Source: Candidatus Uhrbacteria bacterium (GTDB taxonomy: Bacteria; Patescibacteriota; Patescibacteriia; JACQRZ01). Taken from it: DNA of 57,243 bases. Below are positions 9,515-18,062 of this stretch, one piece after another. A model generated the notes under the pieces. It searched no databases. It had not been told where the DNA came from and was given only the letters and a program-made list of their open reading frames with translations. Made by a program: the position numbers and the translations under genes. The stretch covers positions 1 through 57,243 of the forward strand of contig JACQSB010000017.1 in the NCBI GenBank assembly GCA_016206175.1, written 5' to 3'. Every line of letters begins with the position of its first letter. Within the stretch, counting starts at the first letter, position 1.

Positions 9515-10291
9515 TCAAGGCGGCAGGGGGGGATTTGAGGGGATGCGTTCAGGCACATGATCCCAAATGAATCGGAACCACTGTTTGTAGCTTTCCGCCA
9601 AGTCGCGATTGACCATGACAAAGATCGAGCCGTATTCGCCGAAGTTGCCGACGCCTTCGCTCGTGAAGGTGACTACGCGATCACCGAAAATATCGACAAC
9701 GCCGACTGTTTCGTATCCCTTCGGCAGCACTTTGTACTCCCCGCCGATCCGATCAAACACTTGTGGAATCTCTTCCGGCACACGCGGATCGAACAGCGTC
9801 TTATAGGGAATTTTTTTCTTTTTGAATGTTTCCCGAAACTCGTCATGGAGTGTTTGAGGAATGCCCGGCGTGAGCCAGAGCGCTTTTGCGCCAAGGAAGT
9901 ACGCCTCTTCACCGATGCGCAACAGATCCCGCCGGTAATTTTTATACCCCTCGAGCCCCTTATAGATATACGCGGCCTCCCGAGGGGGGACTGATTCGTA
10001 TTTTTTGGAGAGATCGGGAAGCGCGGAGAGAAGCTTTCGTTCGCGCTCTTTTTGCAATTCAAGCAATTTTTCCGGATGCACCGCGCGATACATGCTTTCG
10101 CCTTTCTGGAATATCTGAAATACGATTCCCTTGTCCAAAAGGCGCGTCAGCGCATCATAGACGTTGCGTCGATGAACTCCCGCCTTGACTGAGATTTGAG
10201 AGACCGAAATCTGCTCAGCCGACAGGAGCGCTTCATATATTTTTGCCTCGTTCGGCGTGAGGCCGAGATTTTCAAACAGTTCAGAATACAT
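9515..10291 (-). CDS. TrmB-family transcriptional regulator
   Basis: 258 aa. N-terminal wHTH LGLTPNEAKIYEALL....ISVSQISVKAGVHRRNVYDALTRLLDKGIV. Confidence 0.8.
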   Translation of the reverse strand: MYSELFENLGLTPNEAKIYEALLSAEQISVSQISVKAGVHRRNVYDALTRLLDKGIVFQIFQKGESMYRAVHPEKLLELQKERERKLLSALPDLSKKYESVPPREAAYIYKGLEGYKNYRRDLLRIGEEAYFLGAKALWLTPGIPQTLHDEFRETFKKKKIPYKTLFDPRVPEEIPQVFDRIGGEYKVLPKGYETVGVVDIFGDRVVTFTSEGVGNFGEYGSIFVMVNRDLAESYKQWFRFIWDHVPERIPSNPPLPP

Positions 10292-10314
10292 AGAAAATAA
10301 AGGAAATGGAGATA

Positions 10315-10343
10315 TAAGGTGACTATTATCACCATAAGGTGAT
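10315..10343. promoter_or_regulatory. candidate operator in the divergent promoter region
   Basis: Palindrome GGTGA-N6-TCACC at 10318-10333. TAAGGTGA occurs as a direct repeat at 10315-10322 and 10335-10342, 20 bp apart. Confidence 0.4.
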
Positions 10344-10402
10344 ATTTACCACTCATTTAATATACCCTATTGTACGACTGTCGTCAAGAAAAGGAGAAGA
10401 CA

Positions 10403-11008
10403 ATGCAGCGCATCATCACTGACATCATCATTCCGTACTGCATGCCACCCATCTATTGCGACGGGTACGACTTTGGGTATCTCCAACTCGAGGTCAGCGA
10501 ATGGTACGGGAGGTTTACCATTTCATTGAGGGAGCTCAAACTCCTCGAGCAAAAGGAGCCACCATTTCGGTACGAAGACAAGCCGTTTGCCCTTCTTGAT
10601 CCGATGCAAACACCGCGCGCTTCTGGTATTACCAATCGTGGCGGACAATGGGAATATTGTGACAAGAGGAAAATGTTTCTCCGCTCGCGACGCGAGTTCT
10701 TTAAAAGGCAGTTCTGTCGACTCGAGGGAACGTGTTTTTCCGGCGAGATCGAAACGCATCCACAAATCCTGGACCACTGGGTTCAGGGGTGTTTCAAGGG
10801 AATGCGGGCAGAGGAGCTTCAGGATTTCCTCGACATTTTCTCGCATATGCACTTCGAGAAGCGCTGGCCGCGAGGAGCGTGGACACTGCAATTCGAAGTA
10901 GCAGAGGACTTGTCCACCATAGCCATTGCGAGCACCATATTTACTCCCGGGAAGTTTGATGGCTACGGTCTCCTCTTCCGCGAACGGAGAGGATCATTAC
11001 AGGGGTGA
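10403..11008 (+). CDS. hypothetical protein, Cys/Trp/Phe-rich, no family recognised
   Basis: The ATG at 10403 is preceded by AAGGAG. The track ORF start at 10370 is a TTG. A terminator follows the gene. Confidence 0.55.
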   Translation: MQRIITDIIIPYCMPPIYCDGYDFGYLQLEVSEWYGRFTISLRELKLLEQKEPPFRYEDKPFALLDPMQTPRASGITNRGGQWEYCDKRKMFLRSRREFFKRQFCRLEGTCFSGEIETHPQILDHWVQGCFKGMRAEELQDFLDIFSHMHFEKRWPRGAWTLQFEVAEDLSTIAIASTIFTPGKFDGYGLLFRERRGSLQG

Positions 11009-11027
11009 ACGTAACCGATCCCTTAAA

Positions 11028-11060
11028 GGGCTTCTGTGCAAGAAGCCCTCTTTTATTTAT
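11028..11060 (+). terminator. rho-independent terminator
   Basis: Stem GGGCTTCT / AGAAGCCC with a 5-nt loop, followed by TCTTTTATTTATT. Confidence 0.7.
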
Positions 11061-11078
11061 TATGAAATACCTTATAGT

Positions 11079-11113
11079 GTCATTCCGACCGACAGAAAAG
11101 GAGTGGAGGAATC
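11079..11113. repeat. GTCATTCC...GGAATC hairpin element, variant of the intergenic repeat family
   Basis: GTCATTCCGACCGACAGAAAAGGAGTGGAGGAATC. It shares its terminal arms with the elements at 13730 and 19935 (in reverse orientation). Confidence 0.4.
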
Positions 11114-11184
11114 TACCTATTCTAAAATGGTGGTCTGCTTTATGTATTTGACCATTTTTTCGAAGCCGTGGTTTAATATCATAT

Positions 11185-12558
11185 ATGAAAGGGGCACGTC
11201 CGACATCAAAATTATATTTCCATGGCGGCGCTGGCGGAGTGACAGGCGCAAATTATATTTTAGAAGTCGGCGACTACCGGCTGATGATTGATTGCGGATT
11301 ATTTCAAGGCAGCAGATTTGCAGAAAATCAAAATCTGGAACCCTTCTCCTACGATCCGGCGCGTGTGCATGCTCTCTTTGTCACCCATTCCCATATCGAC
11401 CATATTGGACGCATTCCCAAATTATACCGTGATGGATTCCGAGGAGTGATCTACTCCACTCCTCCTACTGCAGATCTCACTGAAGTAATGCTGGAAGACG
11501 CATTAAAGATCATGGAACATGAAGTTGAGGGCCAGGGCGGAGAGTGTCTATATTCGCGGCAAGACTTGTCTGATGTGCTCAAATTGTTTCAGCCGGTTGA
11601 TTACAACACCGAAATCCATCTTCCAGGCGGGATAAGCGCTACTTTGCGCAATTCCGCCCATATCCTGGGGTCCGCCATGATTGAGATCCAAACAGATGAA
11701 TATAAGATCGTTTTTACCGGCGATTTGGGTAATACTCCCGCACCGCTCTTAAACGGGATCTACCCCCTCGAAGAGACAGACTACCTTTCCATGGAGTCTG
11801 TATATGGTAATCGATTTCATGAAGGGTCCGAAGAGCGGCATCTCATTCTGGAACGAGTCATCGAAGATACTGTGACGAAAGGAGGTACGATCATCATTCC
11901 TTCTTTTGCCCTTGAGCGTACGCAAGCCCTGCTTGCTGAACTGAACGAGTTGATCGAAAACAACCGTATTCCGCGGATTCCCGTTTTTTTGGATAGCCCC
12001 TTGGCTATCAACGCAACAGAAGTATACAAAAAACATGAAGCGTATTTTAATCCGGAAAGCCAATTTACCATCCAAAAAGGTGATGACCTATTTCAATTTC
12101 CCGGACTCGTAATGACACCAACACGAGAAGCGTCACAAAAGATTAACAAAATCGAGAAGTCAAAAATCATCATGGCGGGCAACCCTCACGGATATGGCAG
12201 CCGTATCATGTACCATTTTGCAAAATACCTCCCCGATGAAAACAGCACCGTGCTTTTTGTAGGGTTTCCGCGCATCAGCAGTCTTGGCAGACAGCTCACT
12301 GATGGCGCAAAAGAGGTGAATGTTCAGGGAAAGAGGATTCCGGTACGAGCACAAATCGTTAACATCTCAAGCTATTCTGCCCATGCTGACCAGACGCAGC
12401 TCAAGGCATTTGTGGCCGGATTAAAAAAACCGGTGAAGATGGTCTTTGCCACCATGGGAGAAGAAAACTCTGCGCAGACGTTGGCGCATCTGATCCGTGA
12501 CGAACTCGGAATCAACGCATCTGTTCCCAAGATTGGAGACGTGATACCATTGGAATAA
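11185..12558 (+). CDS. MBL-fold beta-CASP family nuclease (RNA-metabolising metallo-beta-lactamase)
   Basis: 457 aa. Has HSHIDHIG (motif 2) and the late YSAHAD beta-CASP histidine motif. Confidence 0.8.
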   Translation: MKGARPTSKLYFHGGAGGVTGANYILEVGDYRLMIDCGLFQGSRFAENQNLEPFSYDPARVHALFVTHSHIDHIGRIPKLYRDGFRGVIYSTPPTADLTEVMLEDALKIMEHEVEGQGGECLYSRQDLSDVLKLFQPVDYNTEIHLPGGISATLRNSAHILGSAMIEIQTDEYKIVFTGDLGNTPAPLLNGIYPLEETDYLSMESVYGNRFHEGSEERHLILERVIEDTVTKGGTIIIPSFALERTQALLAELNELIENNRIPRIPVFLDSPLAINATEVYKKHEAYFNPESQFTIQKGDDLFQFPGLVMTPTREASQKINKIEKSKIIMAGNPHGYGSRIMYHFAKYLPDENSTVLFVGFPRISSLGRQLTDGAKEVNVQGKRIPVRAQIVNISSYSAHADQTQLKAFVAGLKKPVKMVFATMGEENSAQTLAHLIRDELGINASVPKIGDVIPLE

Positions 12559-12574
12559 TAACGAAATCGATTAC

Positions 12575-13225
12575 ATGAAAAATTCACCGCAAACAAGAGA
12601 TGTCGAGAAGCCGGAGCAGAGTTACCTTAAATATAAAATCTGCATTTCCGGATCAGCCGACACCACCTATTGCGCAAACGATGCATTAGAAAAGGCAAAA
12701 GAAGTCGGCAGACAAGTCGTCGCCCATAATGGAGTAGTTGTCACCGGAGCAACCACCGGTATTCCCTACTGGGCAGCAATAGGCGCAAAAGAAGCCGGCG
12801 GTATTAGCATCGGCATTTCTCCGGCTGCATCAGAAGTATCCCATGTCCGCTCCTATCGCTTACCCGTGGACTATTTCGATCTCATAATGTACACAGGATT
12901 TGAATACTCGGGGCGCAACCTGCTGCTTGTGCGCAGCTCCGATGCTGTTATCGAAATCTGCGGACGCATCGGAACGCTGAATGAATTCACGATCGCTTTC
13001 GAAGATAACAAACCGATCGGCATCCTTGAAGGATGCGGTGGCACGACCGAGATGGTCAGAGAAATCATTGATCGCGGACACCGCGGACCCGGCAAGGTAA
13101 TCTATGATACCGACCCAAAAGCATTGGTGGAACGTCTTATTGAAGTCATTGATAAAGAGAAGGTCGTGCCGATGCCAAAATATGACTATGTGGCACCGCG
13201 TTCTCGCGGACGCAAACGGGGGTAA
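12575..13225 (+). CDS. TIGR00725/LOG-like (SLOG) Rossmann protein
   Basis: 216 aa with GATTGIPYWAAIGAKEAGG, SSDAVIE and GRIGTLNEF (GGxGTxxE-like) motifs. Confidence 0.7.
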   Translation: MKNSPQTRDVEKPEQSYLKYKICISGSADTTYCANDALEKAKEVGRQVVAHNGVVVTGATTGIPYWAAIGAKEAGGISIGISPAASEVSHVRSYRLPVDYFDLIMYTGFEYSGRNLLLVRSSDAVIEICGRIGTLNEFTIAFEDNKPIGILEGCGGTTEMVREIIDRGHRGPGKVIYDTDPKALVERLIEVIDKEKVVPMPKYDYVAPRSRGRKRG

Positions 13226-13230
13226 AAACT

Positions 13231-13677
13231 ATGCTATACATTGCATCTGATCATGCGGGTTTTGAATTAAAAAAGTACCTCAAACGATCGCTCGAAAAAC
13301 GAGGGATACGATGCAAAGATTTTGGCGCGTTGATCTACGATAGAGAGGATGATTATCCTGATTTTATCATTCCGCTTGCAAAGGCAGTTGGAAAAAATCC
13401 AACGCGCAACCGCGGCATCATTCTCGGGGGATCAGGCCAAGGAGAACAAATTGCAGCAAACAAAATCCGGGGGGTGCGGGCTGCGCTCTACTATGGAGGG
13501 CCGACCGATATCATCAAACTTTCCAAAACGCATAACAACACAAACATCCTCTCTCTCGGCGCGCGATTTTTATCAAAACGTGAAGCGTTGCGAGCCGTAG
13601 ACACATGGCTTGCTACCTCATTTGAAAATGTCACTCGCCACAAACGGAGAATACGGAAAATCGATTTATTGACGTAA
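13231..13677 (+). CDS. rpiB: ribose-5-phosphate isomerase B
   Basis: 148 aa with IASDHAGFELK and GGSGQGEQIAANK motifs. Confidence 0.88.
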   Translation: MLYIASDHAGFELKKYLKRSLEKRGIRCKDFGALIYDREDDYPDFIIPLAKAVGKNPTRNRGIILGGSGQGEQIAANKIRGVRAALYYGGPTDIIKLSKTHNNTNILSLGARFLSKREALRAVDTWLATSFENVTRHKRRIRKIDLLT

Positions 13678-13729
13678 CGTGCTGATTTCTTCCTCTCCTC
13701 ACGGCTCGGTTTATTCTCTTATTGACTGA

Positions 13730-13761
13730 TTTTGGATCCCCCCGCATTCGCGGGGATGACA
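13730..13761. repeat. GC-rich hairpin intergenic repeat, copy A
   Basis: TTTTGGATCCCCCGCATTCGCGGGGATGACA, with stem CCCCGC/GCGGGG and a 4-nt loop. Near-identical to 19935-19964. Confidence 0.7.
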
Positions 13762-13766
13762 TTCCG

Positions 13767-14402
13767 ATGAAACCAATTAAAAACTATCTCAAACCGGCAT
13801 TGCTACTGTACTCCCGAAAAGAGGGGGAAAAAAAAGTCGCTTTCATAGCGAAACACTATCCGCACTCTTGGGTTCATATTGATGTGATGGATAATAAATT
13901 CGTGCCCAACACGTGTTGGTGTTCCGCCGGTGGTTTCGCAGGGTTGCGCATCAAAAATCCGCAAGAAATCCATCTCATGGTACTTCATCCGGAGATATAC
14001 GTAAAAAGATGGAAACGCGCGAAAGCCAAGCGGATCATTTTTCATATTGAATCAACAAAGAAACCTGAAGCGGTAGCGCGGGCGATACGTAATCTTGATA
14101 TGGAAGCATATATCGCTCTAAACCCCGACACACCGGTCGAAAAACTAAGGTTGCTCATCAATAATGTAGATGGTATACTCCTCATGGGCGTATATCCCGG
14201 ATTAGCCGGACAAAAATTTATCCCTGCTATAGTTCCAAAAATAAAAAAAACGCGTCTCTATGCCGCTACCAAACCAATTACCGTCGATGGAGGAGTTACG
14301 TTCCAAAATGCAGCAGATCTTATCGACGCTGGCGCAACAGAGCTGGTCTCTACCAGCGCTGTCTTTAGTGGCCGTTTCAAAAAAGAATTCGGGGCAAAGT
14401 GA
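13767..14402 (+). CDS. rpe: ribulose-phosphate 3-epimerase
   Basis: Has the HIDVMDNKFVPN motif. I chose the ATG at 13767. The TTG ORF start at 13722 would read through the hairpin repeat. Confidence 0.85.
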   Translation: MKPIKNYLKPALLLYSRKEGEKKVAFIAKHYPHSWVHIDVMDNKFVPNTCWCSAGGFAGLRIKNPQEIHLMVLHPEIYVKRWKRAKAKRIIFHIESTKKPEAVARAIRNLDMEAYIALNPDTPVEKLRLLINNVDGILLMGVYPGLAGQKFIPAIVPKIKKTRLYAATKPITVDGGVTFQNAADLIDAGATELVSTSAVFSGRFKKEFGAK

Positions 14403-15129
14403 AACGGACCCATCGGGATACCCAAAAAAAATAAGCGTAATCATCCCCGCATATAACGAGGAACAGTACCTCGCTCATGCGTTATGCGCCCTTGAACAGC
14501 AGACATTCCCGCGCCATGATTTTGAAATCATTGTTGTAGATAATGCGAGCACCGACCGGACATACGATATCGCGAATCTCTACGGCGCCGATGTCGTACT
14601 CAAAGAACAACGAAAAGGCACGAATCGAGCTCGGCAGACAGGTCTGGAACACAGCCAGGGAGAGATCGTAGCATTTCTCGATGCAGATTGCGTGCCGGAA
14701 AAATGGTGGTTGGAACGTATCCATCGGCGGCTCCATAAAAAGCATAATCGCTGCGCTGCCATCGCAGGCTCTTACATGTTTAACTGGGATGCGGGAGAGA
14801 CTTTTTTTATCGGACAACTTCTCTACCAATGGATCGTACTGCCGCCGTTTAGCTCTCTGATGGGATATGTATTTCGACGCGGAGGGATTCTGTATGGGGG
14901 CAATTTCGCAACATTTCGAAAACATTTTGAAGCGGTTGAGGGAATCGATACGTCATTTACGTTTTTTGGCGATGACGCAAGTATAGCGCGAAGGCTTGGC
15001 AAACTCGGGCCGGTAGAATTTGATCCTACATTATATGTCGCAAGCTCCACTCGCCGCTTTACGCGCGAGGGCGTTTTCAAAACAAATTGGGAATACACAA
15101 AAAATTACTTCCGGGTGATGATGAAATGA
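14260..15129 (+). CDS. family 2 glycosyltransferase
   Basis: ISVIIPAYNEEQYL...IIVVDNASTDRT and FLDADC motifs. The start is uncertain: the ATG at 14260 overlaps rpe by 143 nt, and in-frame alternatives are ATG 14308 or GTG 14368. Confidence 0.8.
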   Translation: MPLPNQLPSMEELRSKMQQILSTLAQQSWSLPALSLVAVSKKNSGQSETDPSGYPKKISVIIPAYNEEQYLAHALCALEQQTFPRHDFEIIVVDNASTDRTYDIANLYGADVVLKEQRKGTNRARQTGLEHSQGEIVAFLDADCVPEKWWLERIHRRLHKKHNRCAAIAGSYMFNWDAGETFFIGQLLYQWIVLPPFSSLMGYVFRRGGILYGGNFATFRKHFEAVEGIDTSFTFFGDDASIARRLGKLGPVEFDPTLYVASSTRRFTREGVFKTNWEYTKNYFRVMMK

Positions 15130-15138
15130 CATCTCAAC

Positions 15139-15996
15139 ATGGTCATCCACGACAGCAAAATAAAGCGTCTGGAAAAACTCGCCAATACGATCCGGCAAGA
15201 TATTATTGCTTCTCTCGTTGAGGCAGGCTCCGGCCATTCTGCCGGACCCCTTGATCTTGCGGACATTTTCACTGCGCTCTACTTTCATATCCTCCATCAT
15301 AAGCCAAAACAGCCGCGATGGGCAGATCGCGATCGGCTCATCTTGTCGTGCGGCCATGTATGTCCAGTGCGTTATGCGGCAATGGCGCGCGCAGGATATT
15401 TTCCACTTGCAACGTTGCAGACTTTACGTAAACTCGGCTCACCGCTTCAAGGACATCCGGAACTCCATAAACTGCCGTCAGTCGAAAACACCAGCGGCCC
15501 TCTTGGGCAAGGAAGCTCCGTTGCAGTAGGAATCGCACTGGCGGCAAAAATGGACGAAAAAAAATGGAGGACGTATTGCGTGCTTTCCGACGGCGAGCAC
15601 CAAGAAGGGCAAGTTTGGGAAGCAATCATGTTTGCAGGTAAAAACAAACTGAACAATCTGACGTTTCTTATTGACAGAAACAACATTCAGATTGATGGAA
15701 ATACCGAAAATGTGATGCCGCTTGAACCGTTCGCCGAGAAGTACCGCGCATTTAACTGGCATGTACTGGAAATCGATGGGCATAACATTCACGAAATTGT
15801 TGATGCATGCGAACAGGCAAAAAGCATTTTTGAAAAACCAACCGTAATTATCTGCCATACAATCCCCGGACGCGGCGTCAGCTTTATGGAGAAAAAATAT
15901 GAATGGCACGGCATCTCACCCAACGTAGAGCAGGCAAAAGAGGCGCTTCACGACTTACGAACTTTGCGTAACAACATCGTTAGTGAACACCAATGA
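15139..15996 (+). CDS. transketolase, N-terminal (TPP-binding) subunit
   Basis: 285 aa with GSGHSAGPL and SDGEHQEGQVWEA motifs. Confidence 0.9.
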   Translation: MVIHDSKIKRLEKLANTIRQDIIASLVEAGSGHSAGPLDLADIFTALYFHILHHKPKQPRWADRDRLILSCGHVCPVRYAAMARAGYFPLATLQTLRKLGSPLQGHPELHKLPSVENTSGPLGQGSSVAVGIALAAKMDEKKWRTYCVLSDGEHQEGQVWEAIMFAGKNKLNNLTFLIDRNNIQIDGNTENVMPLEPFAEKYRAFNWHVLEIDGHNIHEIVDACEQAKSIFEKPTVIICHTIPGRGVSFMEKKYEWHGISPNVEQAKEALHDLRTLRNNIVSEHQ

Positions 15997-15997
15997 A

Positions 15998-16981
15998 ATG
16001 AAAAAACAATCCGTATATCTCAATCCAAAACTGTTTTCAAATAATGTTGAGCAAATACCAACGCGAAACGGCTACGGCGATGGGCTTTTGGATGTTGCTG
16101 AAAAAAATCCGAATGTTGTTGTGCTTACCGGTGATCTCGTCGAATCCACACGCGCGCTTGGATTTGCAAAGAAATATCCCGATCGTTTTGTCGAATGTGG
16201 CGTCGCAGAACAAAATATGGCTGGTATCGCGGCAGGACTCGCTCTGACCGGCAAGATTCCATTTATCTCCAGCTACGCCGTTTTTTCTCCGGGACGGAAT
16301 TGGGATCAAGTGCGCGTCAGCATTTGTCTGAATAAAGCGAATGTAAAGATCGCCGGTGCGCATGCAGGTATTTCTGTAGGACCTGACGGAGCAACCCACC
16401 AAGCGCTTGAAGATATTGCGATCATGCGCGTACTGCCAGAAATGATTGTTGTTGTGCCCTGTGACTACGAAGAGACGAAAAAAATGGTATCGGCGGCTGT
16501 TGAGATTACGGGTCCTGTCTATTTCCGCTTTGCCCGCGAGAAGACGCCCGTGATCACCACACCCAAGACGCCATTCAAAGTCGGCCGCGCGGAGGTATTT
16601 CGAAAAGGCAAAGACATAAGTATTATCGCCTGCGGTCCACTCGTGTATCAATCATTGATGGCAGCAGAAGAACTCGCGCGACAAGGAATCGACTGCGAAG
16701 TGATTAATAATCACACCATCAAACCGCTTGATGAAAAAACACTGCTTGCATCTGTGCGTAAAACACGTGCCGTTGTCACTGTCGAGGAACACCAAATCAT
16801 GGCAGGCGCAGGAAGCGCCGTTTGTGAACTATTTGCAAAAAAATTTCCTGTCCCCATTGAGATGGTCGGCATGTCAGACTCATATGGTGAATCCGGAAAA
16901 CCCTTGGAGCTTTTGGATAAGTATGGAATGAATGTAAAGACAATCAAAGCGGCTGTAAGAAAAGTGTTAAAAAGAAAATAG
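15998..16981 (+). CDS. transketolase, C-terminal (pyrimidine-binding) subunit
   Basis: AEQNMAGIAAGLA motif. The ATG at 15998 lies just after the tktN stop. The track start at 15983 is a GTG. Confidence 0.88.
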   Translation: MKKQSVYLNPKLFSNNVEQIPTRNGYGDGLLDVAEKNPNVVVLTGDLVESTRALGFAKKYPDRFVECGVAEQNMAGIAAGLALTGKIPFISSYAVFSPGRNWDQVRVSICLNKANVKIAGAHAGISVGPDGATHQALEDIAIMRVLPEMIVVVPCDYEETKKMVSAAVEITGPVYFRFAREKTPVITTPKTPFKVGRAEVFRKGKDISIIACGPLVYQSLMAAEELARQGIDCEVINNHTIKPLDEKTLLASVRKTRAVVTVEEHQIMAGAGSAVCELFAKKFPVPIEMVGMSDSYGESGKPLELLDKYGMNVKTIKAAVRKVLKRK

Positions 16982-17015
16982 TCGATTGACGTATCAAGGC
17001 CACTTTGTGTAATCT

Positions 17016-17039
17016 AACTGTACATTGTACAGTTTTTTT
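17016..17039 (+). terminator. rho-independent terminator after tktC
   Basis: Palindrome AACTGTACA-T-TGTACAGTT followed by TTTTT. Confidence 0.6.
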
Positions 17040-17041
17040 AT

Positions 17042-17122
17042 GCCCGGGTGGTGAAATGGTATACACGAGGGACTTAAAATCCCTTGCCGCAAGGCGTGCG
17101 GGTTCGACTCCCGCCCCGGGCA
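17042..17122 (+). tRNA. tRNA-Leu (anticodon TAA), no encoded CCA
   Basis: Acceptor GCCCGGG/CCCGGGC, anticodon loop CTTAAAA, long variable arm TGCCGCAAGGCGT, T-arm GCGGG-TTCGACT-CCCGC. Confidence 0.9.
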
Positions 17123-17134
17123 AATTTGAATGAA

Positions 17135-17422
17135 ATGAAAAACAGTAATGCGAGTATGGTTATTCTATCTGACTTATCCCGGGTGCTCCTATTTCCAAAA
17201 GATAACAAGTATCTTGGCGGGCTCAATGAACTCCATAAAAAACTCATAACTGAAAAAGGAGGAATGTATCCTGCATTTACCTATTTCGAACTCAACCAAG
17301 AATTGCTGGATTACTACAAATCGTTAGACAGCGACCATATCCTTGCTGTCTTCACAACGGATGTTATTCAGGATCATCCGGATATCAGGAGAGAGCTCGA
17401 AAAAGTATTTCCCAACCCATGA
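17135..17422 (+). CDS. hypothetical small protein
   Basis: 95 aa from the first ATG after the tRNA; the longer ORF overlaps the tRNA. The stop overlaps the next gene's start (ATGA). Confidence 0.45.
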   Translation: MKNSNASMVILSDLSRVLLFPKDNKYLGGLNELHKKLITEKGGMYPAFTYFELNQELLDYYKSLDSDHILAVFTTDVIQDHPDIRRELEKVFPNP

Positions 17423-18036
17423 CCATCATCGACCTCACTCATACTGTTACCAACCGAATGCCGGTATTTCCAGGCGATCGGGTTCCCCGACTATCTGAAT
17501 ATCGCGATCGGCGCAGAGAAATCGTCCACTACCGCATTGAGGCAAGCATGCATACGGGTACGCACATTGACGGACCGCTGCATATGATCCCAAATGGCAG
17601 AAAGCTGTCAGAAATCGATATTTCTCGATTCGTTGCAAATGGGCACCTTATCGATGCGCGCGGCAGCACCGCGCTTGATATATCGTTGCTCGACGGACAC
17701 ACCATCGCTCCAGGCGATTGCGTACTCTTATATGCCGGATGGCATGAAAAATTCCGAACGCCGGACTTTTACGCAGACTATCCTTGTATAACAGAAGAGC
17801 TCGCTCATGCCCTGGTAGAACGAAAAATCGCTTTTATCGGTATCGATACTCCGAGTCCTGACGTCGCACCATACAATATTCATCGGATACTTTTGCAAAA
17901 AGAAATCCTCATCATAGAATGCATGAATAATCTTTCCCGGCTTCTTGGAGCTAAGGAATTTGAAGTCATTGCGCTGCCGCCGAAATTTTGTTCTGACTCA
18001 GCTCCCGTAAGAGTGCTTGCAAAAATCCAGAAATAA
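17419..18036 (+). CDS. cyclase-family metal hydrolase (second paralog)
   Basis: 205 aa with the HTGTHIDGPLH motif. Same fold signature as 589-1200. Confidence 0.75.
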   Translation: MTIIDLTHTVTNRMPVFPGDRVPRLSEYRDRRREIVHYRIEASMHTGTHIDGPLHMIPNGRKLSEIDISRFVANGHLIDARGSTALDISLLDGHTIAPGDCVLLYAGWHEKFRTPDFYADYPCITEELAHALVERKIAFIGIDTPSPDVAPYNIHRILLQKEILIIECMNNLSRLLGAKEFEVIALPPKFCSDSAPVRVLAKIQK

Positions 18037-18062
18037 CAGATACTGTAAAAAACATATAACCA

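Noticed and set aside
17084-17134. ORF-track extensions that run through RNA or repeat elements: 17084 through tRNA-Leu, and 13722 through the hairpin repeat.
   Set aside because: The upstream parts overlap a well-folded tRNA or translate a palindromic repeat from a TTG start. Downstream ATGs (17135 and 13767) give sensible gene starts.
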